Virus record (IMG/VR): IMGVR_UViG_3300017528_000566
Length of the DNA: 64,000 bases
Reading direction: 5' to 3' (one strand)
Source of the DNA: an uncultured virus (IMG/VR IMGVR_UViG_3300017528_000566)
Lineage: Duplodnaviria > Heunggongvirae > Uroviricota > Caudoviricetes
Positions 1-9,507 of the stretch are shown one piece after another (within the stretch, counting starts at the first letter, position 1; every line of letters starts with the position of its first letter). The translations under genes and the position numbers were made by a program. A model generated the notes under the pieces. That model was not told the DNA's origin and did no database searches. It saw only the letters and a list, made by a program, of their open reading frames with translations.

Positions 1-210
1 CTAGGCCGACCCGAATCTGTACGATATCCATGAGCCCCCGTCATGAACGGACCAGAGGAACCCAAGAGCATCAAGCCGAGCTGCGTCCTCAGCTGAGATC
101 TCTTCCTTGGTAATCCCCGCAATCTGGAGCACGTCGTGCTCGCAGTGAGTCGGGTGTTCTAGATCTTTGTACTTGGCAAAGATCTGCAGTGCTTCGATTA
201 GGTTGTGCAT
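1..210 (-). CDS. small hypothetical protein, phage-type (PTHCEHD motif)
   Basis: Complete 69-aa ATG ORF; PTHCEHDVL...LDALGF...SYRFGSA resembles small phage proteins. Confidence 0.7.
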   Translation of the reverse strand: MHNLIEALQIFAKYKDLEHPTHCEHDVLQIAGITKEEISAEDAARLDALGFLWSVHDGGSWISYRFGSA

Positions 211-235
211 TTGTTCCGGACCGTGGGCTTATGGG

Positions 236-829
236 TCATCCATTAATCGCCCGGCGTCTTTTCGAAGGCTTCCTCCCGCGCGAAATCGGAGTGACCGCTC
301 TGGATGCTGCAGCAGGGGCTCCCGCCTGCACGGCTGCAATGCCGGCGCGCAGGACGTCTTCAACGGATGCGAAACGGCCGATCTCGACTTGTTCCGCGGC
401 GGCGCGGGCGATGTCCTCGGGAAGGCTGGCGGGGTCGAACGGTTGGGTCTCCTCCCCTGGTCGCCGATACCCCCAGATCGCCGACTCAGCACCGGCAAGA
501 TCAACCACAGCAGGTAGCTGAGCTAGATCCGCCACATCTTGCCCGTAGAGCCACTGCAGGAACGGCTCGAACATAGGGCAGACCCAGACCTTGTGTTTGT
601 TGAGATCTGAGTGTGCGATCCCGTAGGGATTGATTCGGAAGTAGGCCCCTTCCCCAGTCTGCAGATCGAGGACCCAAAGGTTGCCGGGACCCCAACCAAT
701 CTCGCGCAGCAAAGGCAGCCCTGAGTCACTCACTGCAGAGCGGTAGCGCCACTCTTCTTGGTCAAATTTCCCAACCAGGAATTTTCCCCAATTGAACCCG
801 TTGGTGCACTCGACGATTTTGGTCTGCAT
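236..829 (-). CDS. hypothetical protein with C-terminal ParD/RHH-like segment
   Basis: 197-aa ATG ORF; C-terminal AEQVEIGRFASVEDVLRAGI resembles ribbon-helix-helix antitoxin helices. Confidence 0.65.
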   Translation of the reverse strand: MQTKIVECTNGFNWGKFLVGKFDQEEWRYRSAVSDSGLPLLREIGWGPGNLWVLDLQTGEGAYFRINPYGIAHSDLNKHKVWVCPMFEPFLQWLYGQDVADLAQLPAVVDLAGAESAIWGYRRPGEETQPFDPASLPEDIARAAAEQVEIGRFASVEDVLRAGIAAVQAGAPAAASRAVTPISRGRKPSKRRRAING

Positions 830-862
830 GGCGGCAAGGGTGCCTCTAACAGGGCTGGCGAT

Positions 863-1132
863 TCAACCTTCTTCCCAACCGTCAGCATCCAGCTCAAGGA
901 GCTTCTCATCCGTGCCAAACTCGTCGGGCTTGACCGGGATATCGACGTACTGTTGAGCGTCCAGTAGCTCTCGCAGCTTCTTGCGCTCTTCGCTGGGCAG
1001 TCTGGCGATGATAGGCAGCACGTCTTCAGCGATGAGGGGAGTCTCGGGACAACCGATGTCGTCCTCGAGTGGCTCAAGCATCGCCAAGACCGCGAGCAAC
1101 GATCGCTTCGGTGGATCAGGTGGGTCAGGCAT
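863..1132 (-). CDS. small acidic antitoxin-like protein
   Basis: ATG at 1132; RSLLAVLAMLEPLEDD and DVLPIIARLPSEERKKL...DADGWEE resemble antitoxin fragments. Confidence 0.5.
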   Translation of the reverse strand: MPDPPDPPKRSLLAVLAMLEPLEDDIGCPETPLIAEDVLPIIARLPSEERKKLRELLDAQQYVDIPVKPDEFGTDEKLLELDADGWEEG

Positions 1133-1221
1133 CCGGCAAACAGTAGAGGCCGCCCCCAAAAATTACCAAGGGACAATTCGCGAACCGCAGGCGCCGAAGA
1201 GGCGCGGGCGATCGCCGGGGG

Positions 1222-1245
1222 TGGGGGACAAGCTGGGGGACAAGC
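1222..1245 (+). repeat. perfect 12-bp tandem repeat TGGGGGACAAGC x2
   Basis: Read directly at 1222-1233 and 1234-1245. Confidence 0.85.
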
Positions 1246-1433
1246 TGGAGATGGCAGCGGCCAATTCCACAGAAACCGAAAGTCAAAACTTCTTCAGAAA
1301 ACGACCGTGCGCAAACTGGACTAGCCGTGTACCCCGTTTGCACACATGGTCATACATAATCGATCGGTTACACACCTTTCGCTGAATTCATTCTGTGTGG
1401 GGTGTACCGCCTACCCTGCGCACACACCGGCAA

Positions 1434-2142
1434 CGGGCGTGCCAGGAGTTTTTTCTTGACATCCGACTGCGCACGTTTTTTCGCGGGCGTGTGCGCGATA
1501 CCCCTTGCAAAGAAAAATTCTGGGGTACCACCTCGGAGAGAATTGACAACGGGCGTGTAATACGATCGTAGGTGGCACCCTCGAGAGGGGGTGGGGGTTA
1601 GCACTCACAGTAGCGGGCGATAGCAAGGGGATTCTTAGTCAAGGATTCTTTTTGCGTGCGGGGCTGGGGGTTGGGCAGTGGTTGCCTACACAGCGGTGAA
1701 TAGAGCCCCCTAACCCCCGTGGCTCCCCTGTAGGGGGTTCGCTTGGCTTGCTCGTTCGCTCGGGTCATGAGCCCCCGCGGGTGTCCGACGGCTTGCATCG
1801 ACGGGCGTTAGACGGCCCTGCATCGAGCTCTCTACATGAGACGTCGAAAGGGGGCTTGGCCGAGCCCCCCATCAGCCCCGCGAGCACAGTACGGCCGTGC
1901 TCCCTACGGCGTCAGCACGAGGGAGATTCACACCCGCGGATCGACCCTCACTACACCGCGGGCGTTAGCCAGCTGCGGGTTCAGCCTGTGCAACGGCGGG
2001 CGTGTGCCCTCGCCTGCGATGGCCTTCGAAGCGGGCGTTAGGCGGGGCCTGCACGAGGGGCGGCCAGCTCGTGCTCGAAAACGGGCGTTAGCCGCCGCTT
2101 GACTCAGCGGCGATCGCGCCGGGACCCCGCCTTAGCGGGCGT
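1434..2142 (+). repeat. dispersed direct repeats CGGGCGT(TAG), iteron-like
   Basis: CGGGCGT at 1434, 1484, 1550, 1802, 1959, 1997, 2032, 2082, 2136, all on the + strand; four copies extend to CGGGCGTTAG; no convincing ORF. Confidence 0.6.
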
Positions 2143-2645
2143 CGCGGCCCCCGTGGCCTTATTGCTTCGTACCCCTACAAACCGCCGTCAGTGGCGGTAG
2201 CGCGCCGCGATCGGCCGATTCCCCATTTAGGGACGGAGGGCTGAAGGCTTGCGCACATTGCCTCACCTAAATTTCCTGGTGGCGCTAGGCGGCTTGACAC
2301 CGCCGCGGGCGCCCCGGCCCCGCTCGACCTCGACACCGGGTGATGGCGCAGTGCGCAGTTTTCGGCCTCCAGAATACCCCGATTAACCGTGACACCACCT
2401 GATCCTCCCGGGATTCAGGGCGGTGTCACGATGGGCTTGCCTACATTACCCTACTGAACGAGGGCGTCCCGGGCGGGGGCCAAAATTACAGGCGGTAGAA
2501 AATGGAGGATCGGGCGGCTCTGGAGGTGGGCCTGGGCGCATACGAGCATACAGAGCAACCTGTGCAACGGCGATCACTCGAATCGGAGGTACTGCTTCTT
2601 TGATCGGATTCGCTGTTTTTAGCGTGAATTACTGCAGGCCCCGGC

Positions 2646-3242
2646 GTGTCTAGGCGTATGCCCAAACAAGCGCGCCCACTGCTTGACCACGAAATCGTGC
2701 GCCTCACGCGGGGCTGCTCGCTGCGCGATCGGGCGATCTGCTGGTGCTGCCTGGGGGCGGGCCTACGGGCCGCTGAGACGGCCGCGCTGCGTTGCGGCGA
2801 CGTTGGCAACGACGGCGCCGTCCTGGTGCGTGACGGCAAGGGCGGCGAGCCGCGGATCGTCTACCTCAGCGGGCAAGCCCTGGAGGCGGTCTCACAGCAC
2901 CGTGCGACTCTCGAGTTCACCGGCGAGGATGATCCCCTATTCCCTAGCCGCAAGAAGCGCCGCGGGCGTCCGGCGCCGATGAACCCGACCTCTGCAGTCG
3001 ACCTGATCAAGCACCTGATGACCGAGCGGGGGATCGAGAACGCGAGCTCGCACAGTCTGCGCCGCACGCACGCACAGGCTCTAGAGGTCCGGGGCGTGGG
3101 CATCCGCATCATCCAACGGCAGCTCGGGCACAGGCGCATCGAGACAACCGTGGAGTACTTGGCGGCGTATCCACCGGGGCACCGCGAGGCCGTGCGTACG
3201 TTGGAGTTCGAGGATCGCGAGCTGTCGGAGAAGCCCAAATAA
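2646..3242 (+). CDS. tyrosine recombinase, catalytic domain only
   Basis: GLRAAE (R), GKGG (K), HSLRRT (HxxR), LGH, TTVEY (Y); 198 aa with no N-terminal SAM-like domain; start is GTG 2646 or ATG 2658. Confidence 0.92.
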   Translation: MSRRMPKQARPLLDHEIVRLTRGCSLRDRAICWCCLGAGLRAAETAALRCGDVGNDGAVLVRDGKGGEPRIVYLSGQALEAVSQHRATLEFTGEDDPLFPSRKKRRGRPAPMNPTSAVDLIKHLMTERGIENASSHSLRRTHAQALEVRGVGIRIIQRQLGHRRIETTVEYLAAYPPGHREAVRTLEFEDRELSEKPK

Positions 3243-3586
3243 GGGCTGCTGGCCCGGCGTGCTAGAATGGGCGCATGGACGATCACGTGTGCGCACCCGG
3301 TGAGTCATGGCCCGAGTACGACGCGCAGCGCTGCTACTTGTGCCGTGTGTGCGACAAGTGCCGCAAGGCCAAGCTCTCCCGATACCGACCGGAGATCCTA
3401 ACAGGCTACACCCAGGCGGATGTAGACGAGCCGATTGAGCCGAACGATTGATGTTGACATCGAGCTCGACCCGTGAGCGAGCGAGGGCGTGTCGACTCTC
3501 GTGTTGACTTTTTCGTAGCTACAAGAGCTAGCCAACTGCCCCTTGACAAGGGAAAACAACGAGCTCACTCGTACACCGGCGGGCAG

Positions 3587-3624
3587 GGTCAATATTGATA
3601 CCAAGCTTTTGTCAAGTATTGACA
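3587..3624. promoter_or_regulatory. paired inverted repeats (GTCAATATTGAT; TGTCAA-GTA-TTGACA), candidate binding or recombination site
   Basis: Perfect IR at 3610-3624 in an AT-richer patch with many TTGAC/GTCAA words (3453, 3503, 3542, 3685). Confidence 0.45.
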
Positions 3625-3742
3625 TTCGGATAAACCGAGCTTTCCAGATTACGAGATTTTTCCAGGAATTCCGCCGCGTGCCGGCTTGACTTTTGGATCA
3701 TACCGCGAATGGTGACATGCGGCTAAATTGCCCCACGGCAAG

Positions 3743-3903
3743 GCCTGCTTCGCGGCGCGGCCCATGGGGGCTTGAGCTTGAGAGGCTTGGTCCTCTTGAG
3801 AGGCTTGGTCCTCATCGGGGGCTTGAGCTTGAGAGGCCTGGCGGGCGCCTGCTTCGCGGCGCGGCCAAGGGCTTGCTGGTGCTTGGGAGGCATGCTTCGC
3901 GGC
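3743..3903 (+). repeat. nested direct repeats
   Basis: GCCTGCTTCGCGGCGCGGCC at 3743 and 3847 (partial at 3893); GGGGGCTTGAGCTTGAGAGGC at 3766 and 3817; CTTGAGAGGCTTGGTCCTC at 3777 and 3795. Confidence 0.85.
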
Positions 3904-3918
3904 CCGATGCTCAGGGGG

Positions 3919-3953
3919 TTGAAGTTCTCTCCCCATCAGAGCGTATAGGGGGC
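3919..3953 (+). promoter_or_regulatory. TTGAAG-N18-GTATAG promoter-like motif
   Basis: Same layout as motifs at 39186(-), 39797, 40402, 54941 and 55224; GTG start 5 nt after the GTATAG box. Confidence 0.6.
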
Positions 3954-4250
3954 GTGGCGAACGAGACTTATCCAGCACAGATCGTCTTCATCGAGGATGA
4001 CCGCGGAGGGGCGTGGTACGGGCGGCTCTTCAATCTCCCTGCTTGCCTAGACACGGGCAATCACGGGAGGCCGGTCACGGGCACTCCGCGGTTCGATATC
4101 ATCGAGCGCGAGGACGGTCGATATCAGGCGACCATGCAGGGCGGTCCCAAGGGCAGCCGGCGTCACCGGACCTATCCCACGCTGAACGCTGCTCAGAAGG
4201 CGGCGATTCGATGGGCGGGGCGTAGGTTCCGGGTGCCGAGCGGGCGATAG
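3954..4250 (+). CDS. hypothetical protein
   Basis: 3' part of ORF 3693-4250; GTG start placed by the promoter motif (MANETYPAQ...). Confidence 0.65.
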   Translation: MANETYPAQIVFIEDDRGGAWYGRLFNLPACLDTGNHGRPVTGTPRFDIIEREDGRYQATMQGGPKGSRRHRTYPTLNAAQKAAIRWAGRRFRVPSGR

Positions 4251-4299
4251 GGGCTGGCCAGCTCCAGCTCGGGGAGCCAGCCGTGGTGTAGCCACTAGG

Positions 4300-5364
4300 A
4301 TGGCTCACAGTGTGGTCCTGGGGGATTGTAGGGATGTTCTCAAGACTCTAGAAGAGTGCTCCCTAGACTCGCTGGTCACGGATCCCCCAGCGGGGATCTC
4401 GTTCATGGGGAAGCGATGGGACTCGTACGAGTCTCTACGGCACTTCCAGCTCGAGCTGACCGAAGTGTTCACAGACTGCCTGCGAGTGCTGAAGCCAGGG
4501 TCACACGGGCTTGTGTGGGCACTTCCCAAGACTGCCCATTACACGGCGATGGCGCTCACGGATGCTGGCTTCGAGACTCGCGACATGGTCTTGCATCTGT
4601 TCGGGTCGGGCATGCCGAAGGCTCAAGATGTCTCGAGGGCTGGAGCGGGCGACGCTTGGGAGGGCTGGGGTACCGCGTTGAAGCCTGCGCACGAGGTGTG
4701 GTGGCTCGTGCGTAAGCCGCTGTTAGAGCCGACGGTAGTCAAGCAGGTGTTAGGCACCGGGACGGGGGCGTTGAATATCGACGGGTGCCGCGTGCCTACC
4801 GATGACTCCCTTGGGGGCGGTCCGAAGGCCCGTCCTCACGATATGAGCAATGCCTGTGGGGGAGCAGAGTGGGATCGGCCGTGGATGCATGATGAGTCGA
4901 GGCGGGAGCATTACGCACGAGAGGCGGCCCGCAAAATAGACAAATCAGAGGCGCTTGGGAGGTGGCCGGCGAACCTGGTGTTGTCTCATGCAGCTGAGTG
5001 CGAAGCAGCGTGTGTCCCTGGGTGTCCGGTTGCCGTCCTCGATGAGCAGCTCAAGGGGTGTGCTCGCTTCTTCTACACGGCGAAGGTGTCGAGTGGGGAG
5101 CGACTCCTGCGGGATGGGACGGTGAACCGGCATCCGACGGTCAAGCCTGTTCAGCTCATGCGTTACTTGGTGCGGCTCGTGACGCCTCCCCGCGGGGTTG
5201 TGCTTGACCCCTTCGCTGGGTCTGGGTCAACTGGGTGTGCGGCGCTCCGGGAGGGGTTTGGCTTCGTGGGCATCGAGCGGGACCGGGAGTACGCAAGGGT
5301 TGCGCAGCTTCGGTTGGACCAGGAGTGGGACACCTTCGACCTCTTGGACGAGCTCCGGGACTGA
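4300..5364 (+). CDS. N4/N6 DNA methyltransferase (beta class)
   Basis: GDCRDVL, VTDPPAG (DPPY-type motif IV), HPTVKP, VLDPFAGSGST (motif I), GIERD. Confidence 0.92.
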   Translation: MAHSVVLGDCRDVLKTLEECSLDSLVTDPPAGISFMGKRWDSYESLRHFQLELTEVFTDCLRVLKPGSHGLVWALPKTAHYTAMALTDAGFETRDMVLHLFGSGMPKAQDVSRAGAGDAWEGWGTALKPAHEVWWLVRKPLLEPTVVKQVLGTGTGALNIDGCRVPTDDSLGGGPKARPHDMSNACGGAEWDRPWMHDESRREHYAREAARKIDKSEALGRWPANLVLSHAAECEAACVPGCPVAVLDEQLKGCARFFYTAKVSSGERLLRDGTVNRHPTVKPVQLMRYLVRLVTPPRGVVLDPFAGSGSTGCAALREGFGFVGIERDREYARVAQLRLDQEWDTFDLLDELRD

Positions 5365-5367
5365 GCG

Positions 5368-6555
5368 TCATGGAGGCGGCGGAGCTGCTCGAACCCGGTC
5401 CAGTTCCAGGCCCCACCGAAGGTGCCCGCGGATTGTGTAACTGTCTGGGACGGTGATTCGATGGCTGATGTCCCTACTCTGCAGAGGTGGGACTTGCAGA
5501 TATACGGACTCATGGGGGGCTGCGACAACATCACAGCGATCTAGAGGGAGCCCCTCATCCTTGCTGGGGCAATCGAAGACTCGCACGCTCAGCTCTAGTC
5601 CCGTGACTGTGTGCTTGTTGTTCCGGTTACGCACGCGGGCGACGATGGTTGGGTATTGGCCTGTTGCTCCCGAGAGCCTTTCGTCTACCAGCTCGACCTG
5701 CTCGGTGGGGACTCGAGCGTACGAAGCAAGCCGCTCCGCCTCATCCTGGTGTTGCCGGTACATGATCAGTCCATAGACGCCGAGCGCCAGGAGCACGATA
5801 AGCGCCGCGAAGCCACCCAGGATACGTCTCCAGTGCTCGAACCCACGAAGGACCCACCAACAGCCCCACGGGAGAGCTCCAACTATGAATCCCCACGCGA
5901 GCTTCTCTACGTGGTTATCCCCGGTTGCGCTCACGGCGGCCAGCAAGCAGATAGACGACCACGTGGCTCCCACGGCGATCCCGACGCGTTTCCAGGCACT
6001 TGTTTTCCAAGCACTTGTCTTGGGGACTGTCGCGGTCGCTGTCTCTGTCGAGCTAGAGTCGGGTGTTAGCATTGGTTGATGTTTTCCGAGCCCCCACACC
6101 AAGCCGGATACAGCTGCGACATCGAGGAGAATGTGAGTGATGAGCGCTTTGGTGGTTGCCTTGTCAGCACCACCCAGACTCACACAGTGACTCCCTAACA
6201 ACAGCAGCGAGAACGCTATCATCAGGTATGCGGCGATTCTCGCGGGCCGGAGTGCGAGCCAGAGGGTGCCAGCAACGATCAGCCCGACATCCCACAGGGC
6301 CGAGTAGGTCCGCACGTAGATGACGCCGAAGAGGATCCACGCGGCGTGCCCCCAATACACGCTGATCGCCGCTGTGTAGGGGTAGAAGGCCTGTCTTCGA
6401 TTCAGCAGCCAGAAGACCGCAACAGCGACGAATCCGGGGAACATCATCCCGAGCCCGAGGTATTGCCCAATAGCGGACCCCACGAGACCCCCTAGCACTC
6501 GGAGATTTGTTGGCGGTTCCTCCTTAGCGGTGGTGGTCACCAGGCCATCTATCAA
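5368..6555 (-). CDS. multi-pass membrane protein with soluble C-terminal domain
   Basis: 395 aa with about 8 hydrophobic segments, then a beta-rich domain. Confidence 0.75.
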   Translation of the reverse strand: MIDGLVTTTAKEEPPTNLRVLGGLVGSAIGQYLGLGMMFPGFVAVAVFWLLNRRQAFYPYTAAISVYWGHAAWILFGVIYVRTYSALWDVGLIVAGTLWLALRPARIAAYLMIAFSLLLLGSHCVSLGGADKATTKALITHILLDVAAVSGLVWGLGKHQPMLTPDSSSTETATATVPKTSAWKTSAWKRVGIAVGATWSSICLLAAVSATGDNHVEKLAWGFIVGALPWGCWWVLRGFEHWRRILGGFAALIVLLALGVYGLIMYRQHQDEAERLASYARVPTEQVELVDERLSGATGQYPTIVARVRNRNNKHTVTGLELSVRVFDCPSKDEGLPLDRCDVVAAPHESVYLQVPPLQSRDISHRITVPDSYTIRGHLRWGLELDRVRAAPPPP

Positions 6556-6727
6556 CGCTCACTACTGTCATGCAAGCGTGATGGGGCAACCTTGACTTAG
6601 GCCCTATGTCAAGGACACCTGGCTCAACTAGCTTCGGGGGCCGGGGTCTTGATCGTGATACACCCGCGTGTTACCTGACGCTGGTGGGGCGCTGTGTGCA
6701 CGCGCTCCCATCACGAGAGGGTAACAG

Positions 6728-7639
6728 GTGTCGACTCGGAAATGTCCGTATTGCTGTGAGAAGATCCAAGCGAGGGCTAGTGTTTGCAGGCACTGTCATG
6801 CGTCGAGTCCGCCGATCAAGGCCATGGGCTTTTTTGGAATGCTGGGCCTAGCTGCAATGTCAGGTCTAGTCTTCTTCACGGTGCTCGGGCTTGTAGTTAG
6901 CAGGGGGAGCTCGGGAAGCACGGCGCGGAGCAACGCAAGCGCGTCGCAGAGCATCGCTGCAAACACCTCTGAGAGCACCGCAAGCCCGATGACTTCGGAC
7001 GAGCCCAAGTCACCGCGGCGCAAATCCTTGCTTCTACAGCTTGTGGAAGCCTCCGACCGCCAGGAGTCAGCCTCTACCGCCGCATGTCGACAGTGGTTTG
7101 ATCACCGCCCTAACCTCGGTTCAGCCTTGAGCGTTGAAGACTTGCCGGACTGGGCCTGTGGTACCCGCAGAACGGTCGAGACTGACAAGGGTAGCTACCT
7201 TTGCTACCTGAAGGACACCAAGGTCGTGACTATCTGGCACGTGACAGGGGACGATCGGGTCGCGGTGTTTCGTGCACCAAATTCCGAGTGTTCCGGCCAG
7301 ACGATCCTGAATCAGACCCGAGCAGCAGTTGGCGATGTCCCTGGGTACAAGGTAGTGGACATGGTTGCGCAACAGCTCGGTGGCCGGCGAGTCGGCGGCC
7401 AGAACATCAGTGTGATTGTGGGCAAGTTGCAGCCGACCACACCCGAAGCTGAGATGGAGCGGGTCGCAGGGGAGATCGCGCGCCGGGAAGATGCCACTGG
7501 ACCAGGTGATCACGTTTACGTTTACTGTAGCGACGCGGCACTCAAGGCGGACCGATCGGAGATTTTCAAGAAACAGCACCCGAATGCGGTGAGCTGCAAC
7601 CTAGGCGCATTTTACGACGGAGCCTTTCACCGGCTATGA
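6728..7639 (+). CDS. zinc-ribbon + TM membrane-anchored protein
   Basis: KCPYCCEKIQARASVCRHC, TM helix, Ser/Thr linker, Cys-containing ectodomain. Confidence 0.8.
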   Translation: MSTRKCPYCCEKIQARASVCRHCHASSPPIKAMGFFGMLGLAAMSGLVFFTVLGLVVSRGSSGSTARSNASASQSIAANTSESTASPMTSDEPKSPRRKSLLLQLVEASDRQESASTAACRQWFDHRPNLGSALSVEDLPDWACGTRRTVETDKGSYLCYLKDTKVVTIWHVTGDDRVAVFRAPNSECSGQTILNQTRAAVGDVPGYKVVDMVAQQLGGRRVGGQNISVIVGKLQPTTPEAEMERVAGEIARREDATGPGDHVYVYCSDAALKADRSEIFKKQHPNAVSCNLGAFYDGAFHRL

Positions 7640-7657
7640 GCTAAGGCAGCCCCGGTC

Positions 7658-7882
7658 GTGTGGCGCTCGCGTGGTATGGTGGCATGGGTGACTCGTAAAG
7701 AAGCCTACATACGGTTTTGCGCTGGCACCTACTATGCCCTTCAGTACCCATCCCAGCGGGCGCTCGCACACAGCAAGCATTTTGCCTACGCGCTACGCCG
7801 GGCGCGAAAGCTTGGCTACCACACCAGGGTGTACGTGGGATGGGGATCAACTGTGTATAAGCCAATCCAGGCGGCGCGATGA
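7658..7882 (+). CDS. small hypothetical protein
   Basis: Stop overlaps next ATG (ATGA); start uncertain, possibly GTG 7688. Confidence 0.45.
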   Translation: MWRSRGMVAWVTRKEAYIRFCAGTYYALQYPSQRALAHSKHFAYALRRARKLGYHTRVYVGWGSTVYKPIQAAR

Positions 7883-8127
7883 AGCGCAACGCAATCCCTA
7901 CCCGTGAGCGACTCAGGGCTCGGATCCTTCGGCTGCAGTACAGGTGGGACGAGACGCGCCGGGTGTCAGACCACGGGGAGAGCTGCCGCCTATGTCGGCG
8001 CGTGGATATGTATGCGGGCGAGGACGATCCGCGGGACGCGGAGGGTCATCCGCACTCGAGAGGTTGCCCGGCCAAGGGGCTACCCGCGGAGATCCGGCAT
8101 TACCAAGGCTTGCTCGTTCGGGAGTGA
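7879..8127 (+). CDS. small hypothetical protein (CxxC...HxxxC)
   Basis: 82 aa; SCRLCRR...HPHSRGCP. Confidence 0.6.
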   Translation: MKRNAIPTRERLRARILRLQYRWDETRRVSDHGESCRLCRRVDMYAGEDDPRDAEGHPHSRGCPAKGLPAEIRHYQGLLVRE

Positions 8128-8165
8128 GAAGCACCTTGTGCGCACACCTGCTAATCCAGGTGTGC

Positions 8166-8438
8166 ATGGACAGACGCTTCCTCACGGACAATGAGCCACC
8201 TCGGCCCCGAGCTGGAGCTTACAAAATTTTCGGGGTGGTGTTGCGCCTGCTCTACTGGTTGGTGGTCGCTGCCCCGGTGTGGGGCATAGTCGACAGAGCC
8301 TTGGGAAATCCGCCCCACTATGTCTGGGGGTTCCTGACGACATGCCTTTGGATCGGACTGTGGTACATGATTTACCGCCAGACATTCGACCCGCCGCACG
8401 ACGGGAACTCGGGTGGCGAAGGCGGCGGCGGTTGCTAA
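8166..8438 (+). CDS. small 2-TM membrane protein
   Basis: ATG 8166 within ORF 7944-8438; two hydrophobic helices. Confidence 0.6.
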   Translation: MDRRFLTDNEPPRPRAGAYKIFGVVLRLLYWLVVAAPVWGIVDRALGNPPHYVWGFLTTCLWIGLWYMIYRQTFDPPHDGNSGGEGGGGC

Positions 8439-8513
8439 CCCGGGCCAATGGTGGAACGTCAGGCTACAGCTGAACGCTTGACCAGCAACCGGAAGTGATC
8501 AAGCCTGGTCCCC

Positions 8514-8795
8514 ATGGAACCAGCGTTGGAACCCATCTCCAATACTCACGCACTCTCTTCACAGGGGCTGCATGCCAAGCACATCACACAGGGCTGGCAG
8601 TTGGTCCGCCCTATGGAGGCACACGAGCTCGCCAGAGTCCGCCTAGCGATCCGGCACTTGCCAGGGAAGGCAACCCAGCTCCTCGGGTACCTGGACCCCT
8701 CGAAGAGGTTGTCCCCTGTCGACTGCGCGGAGCAGTGGGCGCAAGACATCCTCCGGGAAGCAGTCGAGATCGAGGCGGACCTGATCGAGTGGTGA
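8514..8795 (+). CDS. hypothetical protein
   Basis: 93-aa ATG ORF. Confidence 0.55.
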   Translation: MEPALEPISNTHALSSQGLHAKHITQGWQLVRPMEAHELARVRLAIRHLPGKATQLLGYLDPSKRLSPVDCAEQWAQDILREAVEIEADLIEW

Positions 8796-8811
8796 GGCTA
8801 GCTAGACTGCC

Positions 8812-9333
8812 TCATGAGTAGTAGTGCCGCTTCCCGGGTGGCGCCTTCCAAGTAATCTCCAGGGGAGGTGGCAGCGGTAGCCGCCCCGAGCGCGCCGCCG
8901 CCATGGTCGCGCACATCTCAATGTCCTCTTCGTACTGCAGGGTGGCTCCGAAGAGCGCCATGAGCATCCGGTCAAGGAGCTCCAACGATGCCCTTGAATA
9001 GCCACCGACGATGCAGCCTGCGGCCAAGAGCACGGCCTCATTGAGCGCATCAATTCTTCCCCTCAGCTCTAGGCAACGCTCGGGTGTATCGGTACCGAGG
9101 TAGTCCTCCGCGAAGTGCTCGATGAATTCATGGTGGCATCGAGCACGCCGGTCTAGGGCCTCGCGCATCGATTGGACAACGGCCTCGGGGGACGAGCTCG
9201 ATTCTTGGCCTGCGGCGATTGCGGCACGCAGGTCGTCCAGCATGGTGGTGCGTTGGTACTGCAGCATTGGGACGCTCTGCCTCACCATTGGATCCAGCCA
9301 GTGCGCGAGGCAACGGACGGTTTGTGCACCCAA
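8812..9333 (-). CDS. hypothetical protein
   Basis: 173-aa ORF with helical composition; start uncertain. Confidence 0.55.
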   Translation of the reverse strand: MGAQTVRCLAHWLDPMVRQSVPMLQYQRTTMLDDLRAAIAAGQESSSSPEAVVQSMREALDRRARCHHEFIEHFAEDYLGTDTPERCLELRGRIDALNEAVLLAAGCIVGGYSRASLELLDRMLMALFGATLQYEEDIEMCATMAAARSGRLPLPPPLEITWKAPPGKRHYYS

Positions 9334-9507
9334 GGCCGGGTCACTTCGATCCCAGCTTTAGCCACAAGAGCCAGGCCACGCCGGGGAGCACCGCGAGGGT
9401 CCACCACACTGGGTAGTTCCGCTGTCTCGGCCGTTCAGGGGTTACTTGAGCGGTGGGCTTTCCGTTCGGCTGAATGCGCAAAGGTATGCGATAACCAGTC
9501 ACGGACT

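Noticed and set aside
3649..3978. QASQAQAP repeat protein (and the 5' half of ORF 3693-4250)
   Set aside because: Explained by the DNA repeats; the promoter motif points to a start at 3954; coding status is unsupported
9172..9507. N-terminal extension of the response regulator
   Set aside because: Overlaps the opposite-strand gene and is not protein-like; ATG 9508 gives a normal NtrC-type length
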